Shown: piece by piece, positions 1-9,000 of the stretch
Layout of the letters: each line of letters begins with the position of its first letter
Position numbering within the stretch: the first letter of the stretch is position 1
Virus record (IMG/VR): IMGVR_UViG_3300020469_000262
Coordinates: 1-24,116 of that record
Reading direction: 5' to 3' (one strand)
DNA: 24,116 nt
Origin: a virus
Taxonomy: Duplodnaviria > Caudoviricetes
The notes under the pieces: model-generated
Told to the model about the DNA's origin: nothing
What the model saw: only the letters and a program-made list of their open reading frames with translations
Database searches by the model: none
Made by a program: the position numbers and the translations under genes

Positions 1-3000
1 AAGAACAATGAATTTGGTTTCGGTTATTCTCACGACTATACACTAAAACCTGAAATAACTTTCCCTGTAAACCTTCAACTGTTTAATACCGCTTTACTAG
101 CACAAATTAAGATAACTGATCCAGGTTCTGGATATACTTCAGTTCCTGCTGTTGTAATCGAAGGTGGTGGTGGTTCTAATGCTAGTGCTGAAGCAATAGT
201 TAAGAATAACAGACTTTCCGAGATCATTATTAAAGATCCAGGATCAGGTTACAGTTCTGAACCAGAAGTTACACTTAAGTCAGAATTTAACTACGTTGTT
301 AACGTTGATTTAGGATATCTACAGTTTAACTTCCCACACGGTATAACAAACGGAGCACAAATACAATTAAGAGCAGAAGATCTTGGATCTACAGTTGGTA
401 TTCTACCAAAACCAAGTTCTGCTGGTTTGGTCAGTCTATCTGCTAACCAGACATACTATGCTATTGCTGGTGAAGCAAATTCACTTGAATCTGACCAGTT
501 ACGTATCTCTTTAACACAGTTAGATGCTGAATCTGGTTCTTACATCACATTCTTGACACAAGGTGAAGGTAGACAGGTTCTTTTAACTGAAGTATTTGGT
601 GGTCAAGCAACTGCTATCGTTGAAACATCTCGTTTCTTAGAAGGTGAACTTGTTTATCAAGGTTCTTCACTTGAACTTGCATCTGCCACAGGTTATGTTT
701 CTACTAACGAAGGTTGGCAGATCGGACCTAGAATCCTTAAACTTGAGAACTATGATGGTGAATGGTTATCTGGTGAGCGTGTAACAGGTCAGGTATCACG
801 TGCTTCTGGTTTGATTGATAACCTTTCTATTGCAAGAGGTACACTTGAAATTGCATCTCTAACCACAACACCAGGTCAGTTTATCGATGACGTTGGTAAA
901 CCATCTGAAATTGTTCAGAAGATTCAAGATAGTTACTTCTATCAGAACTTCTCCTATGTTATTAAGTCTCAAACACCTATTAACCAGTGGAGAAAACCTG
1001 TATTAGAAACAAACCACCCTGTTGGATTCAACCTCTTTGGTGAATTGGCAATTACTGGTGGTAAAGATATTTCTGGAAGAAAAGTTGTATCTGATCTTGT
1101 TAAAGAAGTTAATATCAATAGTTTCACTAATATTAACCAGATTACATCATTTGCTAACGCACAACCAATATACACACAGTTTAATAACACTGAAGTCTTA
1201 TTCAGACAGAAGAGACTTACTAACTCTGAGGAAATTCTAACTTCTATTGTTAAGAAGGTAGATAACATTTCTGAAGAATTTGATGGTATCAGAACTCAGT
1301 TCCCACTGAATGTTGAGGGTTCATCAGTAACTGCAACAGAAGATCAGATGTTCATTCTGTTAAATGGTGTTGCACAGTCTCCAGGTACTGCATTCTCCAC
1401 AACAGGACCTTCTATAGTATTCTCAGAAGCACCTAAAGCACCTTCTAGAATTAAGTTCAGATCTTTACAGTTCTCACAACTTATCATTACTAGAATGACA
1501 TTTAGTACTATTGGTGGTATCTTCCCATTATTAGGTAATACAGTTCGTTCTCTACAAAATGAAGGTACTGCTTTAGTAATTGATTCTGGTGTTGACTATA
1601 TTGATGTTCTTAATGTAGTTGGTAGTTTCCAAATCAACGATAACGTCCTCTCCAGTGCAACTGGGTTTAATGCCGTACTCTCTGCTAAAAATAACATTAC
1701 TTCTAAGACAATCTTTGAACAAAGTGAAAGAATTACTAATTTATCTGGTAAGTTTGCTATTATTGAAGAGAATAACTTATTAGATGGTGTTATATCTGAT
1801 GACTTAGTTGTTTCTCGTACATCTGGTACTGCTGCGTTTGAAACTGGTGAATTTGAAATTAAGTTTAACGATATAATTTATTCTGCACGTTCTAAGATTG
1901 CAGCAACAGTTATTAGTATTGCTCCTTATCAAGATTCAGTATCTAATCAGATTATTGATACGGTTGATCTATCTCCTTCATCTTCCTTCTTTGGTCTTGT
2001 ATTCCAGAGGGTTCCTTCAATCACTTTCCCGAATGTTATCCTTGATAACATTTCAGAGACTGTTATTAACCCAACTGAACTTTATAGTGAGACTGCAAAT
2101 AACCAAGACTTCTTAGACTTTGAAAATGTACGTAACCAAGAGATACGTTATGACGGTTTAACTGGTACTGATTTTGCTGCTGGTACAGATATTCGTTTGA
2201 AGAAATTATACTTTACTAACTCCTCAATGAGGACACAACCTGATACTCGTGCATTTAACGCAGCAGAGGCATTAGAAAAGAATGCTGAGTTTATTGCTGA
2301 AGAAGCCGTGGGATTAATGTTGGCTTTCTACCCCTCCTTTACTATTCCAACAGGCAATCAAAACTGTATTGATGATATTGTTGATGTTCTCAACTTAATT
2401 GCTTGGCAAGTTCAGTATGATGGCAACTCAGAAGTTTGGGATGCTGCTAATACTTACGTTCAAAACAATAGCATATATCACGTTGATGGACAGGTTGCTC
2501 AAACTGTATATGCAATGACTAAAGCAAAGGATCTTGCTCTTAAATGTATTAATATGGAAGTTATTAATACATCTCATACTACAAAGCAACAATGGAGAGA
2601 TACAACTGTAACTGCTGAATATGTGGTAACTGATAACAGTCACGCTGATGCTAGAGCACTATTACTCGCTAACAAGTGGTACATTGCTCACGAATCATTA
2701 CATTACGCTAAACTACAAAATCCTGGTTATACAGTGTCTGGTGGAGATGAGCATTGTCTTTCTGATATAGTTGATGTTATTGAAGCATTAGGTTATAACA
2801 CTGCACACGGTGGTAACGACTTCATATGGGAAGCAACTGATCGTATTCTTCATTATGGTGTTACATCTGGTGATAGAAACACTATTGTAAATGCTTTCAC
2901 AAAAGCAAAGACAATGGCAGTTCAGATTATTCAAAATAATGCTGTTACTAAAGTAGACACTTCACACGGTTGGGTTCAGGTAATTGATAATACAATTACT

Positions 3001-6000
3001 GTTGATGCTGGTAACTGTGCTGCTGTACAATCAACCATCACTACATTGATGGATATTCTTATTACCAATCTTGGTACAACTGCATCACCTGGTACAAGAG
3101 CAGCATTCCAAGCAGCAGTAACTAAGACTGCACCTCAAGCAGATTACTCATCAGGTAGACTTACATATCCAGTAGGTGATAATGCTTGTGTAAACCAGAC
3201 ATCTGCTGTAACTAACTTCTTTAAGATTATTACTGATACTCTTCAAGATCCTACTGGTGCAGATAAAACAACATATCAATGGTCTATTAGTAACTTACAA
3301 AGAGTTGAACCAGCATATGCTTTCAAAGATGCTGAGACTGTTAAGTGCGTTAAACACAGTTATAAGAATAAGTCAACAGGTGGATTCTTTATATTTGGTG
3401 ATGTAGTTAAAGGTATAACATCTGGAAATACTGCTGAAGTTATTGGTTCAAATGGTGGTAACAAATGGATCTATAGTAAAGATCCTAGTGGAGCATTTAC
3501 TGTTGGAGAATATATCACTAACACTCTATTAACTAACGTTGGTGTTGTTGTAGATAATTTAGATTATGCTGTTGGTACTGGATCATTAGATTTCAACGGT
3601 AGTGCACACCTAACATATCCAGCAACTGAGAAACTTGCTTTAGGTGATGGTACAGTTGCTGCTGGTGACTTTACTATTGAACTATGGATAAAAGCAACTG
3701 CTGTTAATACAGTACAGATGCTATTAGATTTCCGTAGTAGTACATCTGACACTGGTTCATTCTATGTACTTCTTAATAACAATCAAATTCGTTGGAATGT
3801 AGGAAATAGTGATAGAATCACATCTACTGGTGTAGTAGCAAATACTTGGACACATATTGCTGTAACTCGTTCTACTGGTGTTACAAGATTATTTGTTGGT
3901 GGTACATTAGCAGGAAGTTATACAGATAATACAGTTTATGGTAATTTACCACTTAAGATTGGTGCAAATGCTTCTAACTCCACACCGTTTACTGGACATA
4001 TGGAGAACTTTATGGTTAAGAAAGGAATTGCTGAATATACAGTATCCTTTATACCATCAGCAGTATATGATTCTGGTGATCTTAATCTATCATTTGGATT
4101 TGATGGTGAAGCACCAATTCCTATTATTAAAGGTGAGATATATGCTACATTCCAACAATCAATCACATCAACTGCATCTGCTGATGGTATAGAATTGTGG
4201 AGAAGTGAAATAATGACTGAAGAGGTTGATCTCAGTCGTGAGGTAGAAAGAAATTGTGCAGATATTATTGAAACAAACAAATTCTGGATTGCTGAAGAAG
4301 CAGTGGGTAGAATGAAAGCTAAGTATCCAGATTTTGTGATACCTGGCGATACTGGTAACTCTACACAAGGTACAGATAAGTGTTTAAGAGATACTTATGA
4401 GTATATCATTCCTGCGATATATAAAGATCTTAGGTATGGTGGTAATTATAATAGTATCATTATTGGTAGAGGATATCTTGCTAACCAACAAGGTGAATTA
4501 GCACACGTTAATGAAGAACTACTTCAATCAATGTATGTTTGGAGAGAAGTTGCTAAACTTTGTATTGATGTAATTACAAAAGATCAGACTGATCTAACTG
4601 GTGCATATACAACACGAATTCGTGTTCCTAATTACTTTGCATCACCAGCTGGTAGTACAATTACTACTTACATTACTACATTAATGGATGATCTTCTTGA
4701 TGTATTAGGTCCTACAGGTCATAGATTTAGAGATGGTGCAGATTTACTATACTTCAACCGTAAATGTATTGCTGACGAAGTTGTTTACTGGTTAGAAGCA
4801 AGATATACAATTCAAATTAATAATCAAACAGTAAATCAACTTTATATACCTGGTGGTTCACCTGGTCGTGCAAAATGTGTTAGAGATATTAGAGATCATA
4901 TTATCCCTGCTATTGCTACTGATTTAATCACTGGTGGTAACTCTAATGCTCAAGGAATTATTGATTCATACTTAGATACTAATGGTAAGGTTTCTGATGT
5001 AGAACACGAGTTACTTCCAATGCTAGAAGCAATTGGATATGCTAAGTGGTTGATGGAGAAAGCATTACAAAACCTATTAATATCTCGTAGTGAAAATATC
5101 GCTAATCTTCCTGCTGGATCTTCAAACGCACAAACTATCGATGACTTTTTCCAGTTCCAATATACTGACTTACCAGCATTTAGAAAAGCATATGATGCAG
5201 CAGTTAACTATGACTTAACAGGTAACATAATAACAGAAAGTACATTCTATCCTCCAGATCCAAAAATTTATACAGGAACACATCGTGCTTTAGATGCTGC
5301 TGATCTTATCAATGCTAACAAACGTACTATTGCTGAAGAAGCAGTTGATCTAACAACTAAACAAAGTGCATTTACACATTATGGTTTTAGAGTACCTGGT
5401 GGTAAGGTTCATTGTGAAGATGATATTGTTGATATTTTAGATGGTGTTATCCACGATTTAAGATTTAGTGTTAACGAAAAAGTATACGAAGCATCTGAAT
5501 TATATCTCAATAGTGATTTTGGTCTGAAACACGTAACAGATCAAGCAGATGAAACCATCTATGCTATGAGAATGGCACGTGATATGGCAATCCTCGCCAT
5601 CCAGAACAAACTTGGGTTTAATCCCTATGAATCTGATTACACAGATGGTGGAGCACTTGGTGGAGGAGGAGGTGGTATAGAATCACGTCCTGATTACGAT
5701 TACAACTCTGGTGGTGGATTTGCATCATCAACTGAAGCTGGTAACAAATATTATGATGCTTCTAATGAAATTAAAAACAATTTAAGATTTATTGCTACAA
5801 CTGCTGTAGGTCGTGGTGTTTCAACATACTCTGGTCTTACATTCGGTGGATATGGTTATCAGTCTTGTGTTGATGATGTAATTGATGTTTTAGAAGCAGT
5901 CGTATTCAACTTAGCACACGGTGGTAATAATATTGTTTGGTATGCAAGTGACTTCTATATTACTATTGGTAATGCTATTCAACATATCAATTCACAAGCA

Positions 6001-9000
6001 ACACAAGTTAAGTATATCTTTGAACAAGCAAGAGATATTGCTATTCAGGTAATGAGACAACAGTTGGTTACTGTTAATGGATATACAGAAGGATATGCTA
6101 TTTACGACAATACAATTACTATCGATAACAATGGTGCAACCACTGGACAATATACTCCAACAGATGCAACTTATGATCCTACAACTGGTAATTTAGTTCT
6201 TACAAAAGCAGGACACGTTCTTACAACAAATGATAGTATTACTCTTGATCCAAATTCATTAGTATTTAATTGCACATTTGATGGTAATCAATCCAATAAA
6301 TCATATCCAAGACCATACGATCCTGCTTCTGGTGCCACTCTACCAATTACTGCAACAACAACTGACACATTCACTGTTGATGTTGGTACAACATCTAATG
6401 GAACATACAACGTAAGTTATGCAATTTACGAAGAAGATACAGGAAATATGTTCTTGGATGTTGGTAATCATAATCTTAGCAATGGAAGACATATTAGATT
6501 ACCTGATAATGCTATTTCATTCTTATGTCCTTATGGTAATGGTGTTCACACTTACATAAGTGGTGTTACTAACGCTATTGTTGCATCAACTGGTGGAAAT
6601 CATACTGCTGGATCAGGAACAACATATGATCCTGCTTCAGGAAATCTTGTATTAAATATTGGGTCTAATACCCTCACTGCCCCTACAACTCATACTGCAT
6701 CCAACGTTGCTTACAATCCAACATCGGGTGTAATGACAATAACCATTACAAGTCACCCATTCAGTAATGGAGATCAGATATTAATAGCAGATAACTCTCT
6801 ATCATTTACCTGTGGTCAAGATAGTGATACAACAAATCACTATTATCCAAGACCAACTGATCCTTCTAGTGGTAAGTGGTTAACAATATCAAATGTTAGT
6901 GGTGATAATTTTGATGTACAAGTTCTAGCAACTACACCTTCTACAAACACAACTGTACATAACTTTGTATGGGCTAAAACAAATGGAATTAGCAGAGCAA
7001 CTTCTACAGTTACTATTGCTGATAGTGCAGTCGTATTTACTTGTGATGCTGATAGTCACGCTTCAAATCACGCATATCCAAGAGCATCTGACCCTGTATC
7101 TGGAACTAACGTTGCTGTACAAGCAAAAACCAATACCACAATAACAGTTAACGTTGGTAAATCAGTTGGTTCTAATAGTACTAAGTCTTATCCACGTTCT
7201 ACAGATTATGCTAGTGGTAAATCATTAGAAGTTTTAGAAGTAACAGATTCTACATTTACTGCTACAAATGCAACATATAATCCTATAAGTGGAGTGATGG
7301 TAATCACTTCTGTTGCTCACGGATTTAATAACGGTGATGCAGTAATGATAGACACTAATTCATTGAACTTTACTTGTTCAATGGATAATTATGGAAGTGT
7401 TCATTCATATCCTCGTTTAACTGACCCTGCTCATAACATATATCTTCCTGTTCAAAATAAAACTAATGATACATTTGAAATTAATGTAGGTACTTCTCCA
7501 ACTCAATTATACAGTCCATCTAATGTTGTATATAACCCAACAACAGGTGATATGGTTATCACTATTGGTAGTCATAGTTTAGTTGCTGGAGCACACGTTA
7601 AACTTTCTGACAATGCTTTCACATTCACTTGTCTTGAAGATAATAACGCAACAAACCATTCATATCCTAGAACAACAACTACAACACATAGTACAACTGA
7701 CGCAGCATACAATCCAACAACAGGTGTAATGACTCTTCGTGTTCCTCAACACGGATTTGCAAATGGTGATCAAGTTAAGATTGCTGATAACTCATTAGTA
7801 TTCAAATGTGCTGCTGATGATTATTCTACAAACCATAGTTATCCAAGAACAACTGATCCTGCATCTGGATCTTGGTTGGAAATATCAAATATAACTACAA
7901 ACACATTTGATGTAAATGTTCTTCTAAGTACAGAAATACCTTCCACAAATACAACTGTACACGCATATCAATCTTCTACTGCTTCTAATATCACTTGGAA
8001 GAAAGATAGAGCATACGATGTTCCTTTGACAGTCAAGAGTGCTACAGATACAACTATCACAGTTAATGTTCTAGCATCTGGTAGAACTCCTTCTACAAAC
8101 ACAACTACACACACATTCGTTAGTGCTGCTGCTAATTCAGTCAGTGTTGGTGGAAATTACACACATCAATTTGTATCTGCTAAAGAGCACGGTATCAGAT
8201 TTAGAAATGGACGTATTAAGGTTAATGTAAACCCATCTCCAACAATCTACCAGTATCCTCATACCTTTATCAGTGCTGTTACTGGTGCTGTACAGTATGG
8301 TGGAAACTATACACATACATTTGTAAGTTCTGCTTCAAATTCAGTTAATTATGTTGTTGGTGGTGGTAATGCTGCTCGTTGTTCTAACCAAGCATCTGCG
8401 ATTACAACGTTGATGAATATTACTATCAATATGTTTGATTCAAGTAATACAGGTAATCCAAGATCATACTTAGATGGTGTGACAAGAACCCTACCAGGTG
8501 AATGGCCACTAACAGGTGAACGTGCATCCATAAGAGATACAACAATTACATATGACACTGCTGGTAGTGGAAAATGTGCAACAGAAGCTTCTGCGATCAA
8601 TACATTATTCTCTATACCAATCGGTGTTATCCAAACTGCTGCTGCTGGTAGTGGTAACTATCTTGTAAATCAAAGTATCACTAAAACAGTTACTCCTATA
8701 CCTTATTCCTCTGGTAATACACTTCTAAGTGGTGGTGGTATTTGTTATAACGTAACGTCTGCAATGGCAACATTGTCAGATCTAATTGAAGATACTCTAG
8801 GTAATGCACCTGAAATGTATCGTCAAGCAGCAAAATTATTGATGTTTAATAATGAGTACATTGATAAAGAAGCATTCTATAAGTCAACTAATAATTATTC
8901 GGGTTATGCTGCTGAATTAGAATTTGGTACAAACATCCGTAAGGCAATGATATATGACATCCTTACTGATGGAAATATAGCGACTATTCAATTAGTTAAC

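Noticed and set aside
427-429. TTG start given by the ORF track for the giant ORF
   Set aside because: The frame is open and protein-like from base 1; the true start lies upstream of the window.
6151-8346. Repeats as CRISPR array, DGR template/variable repeat pair or invertible cassette
   Set aside because: Repeats are in-frame protein repeats diverged at the DNA level. No constant repeat-spacer pattern, adenine-specific variation, reverse transcriptase, recombinase or inverted repeats were seen.
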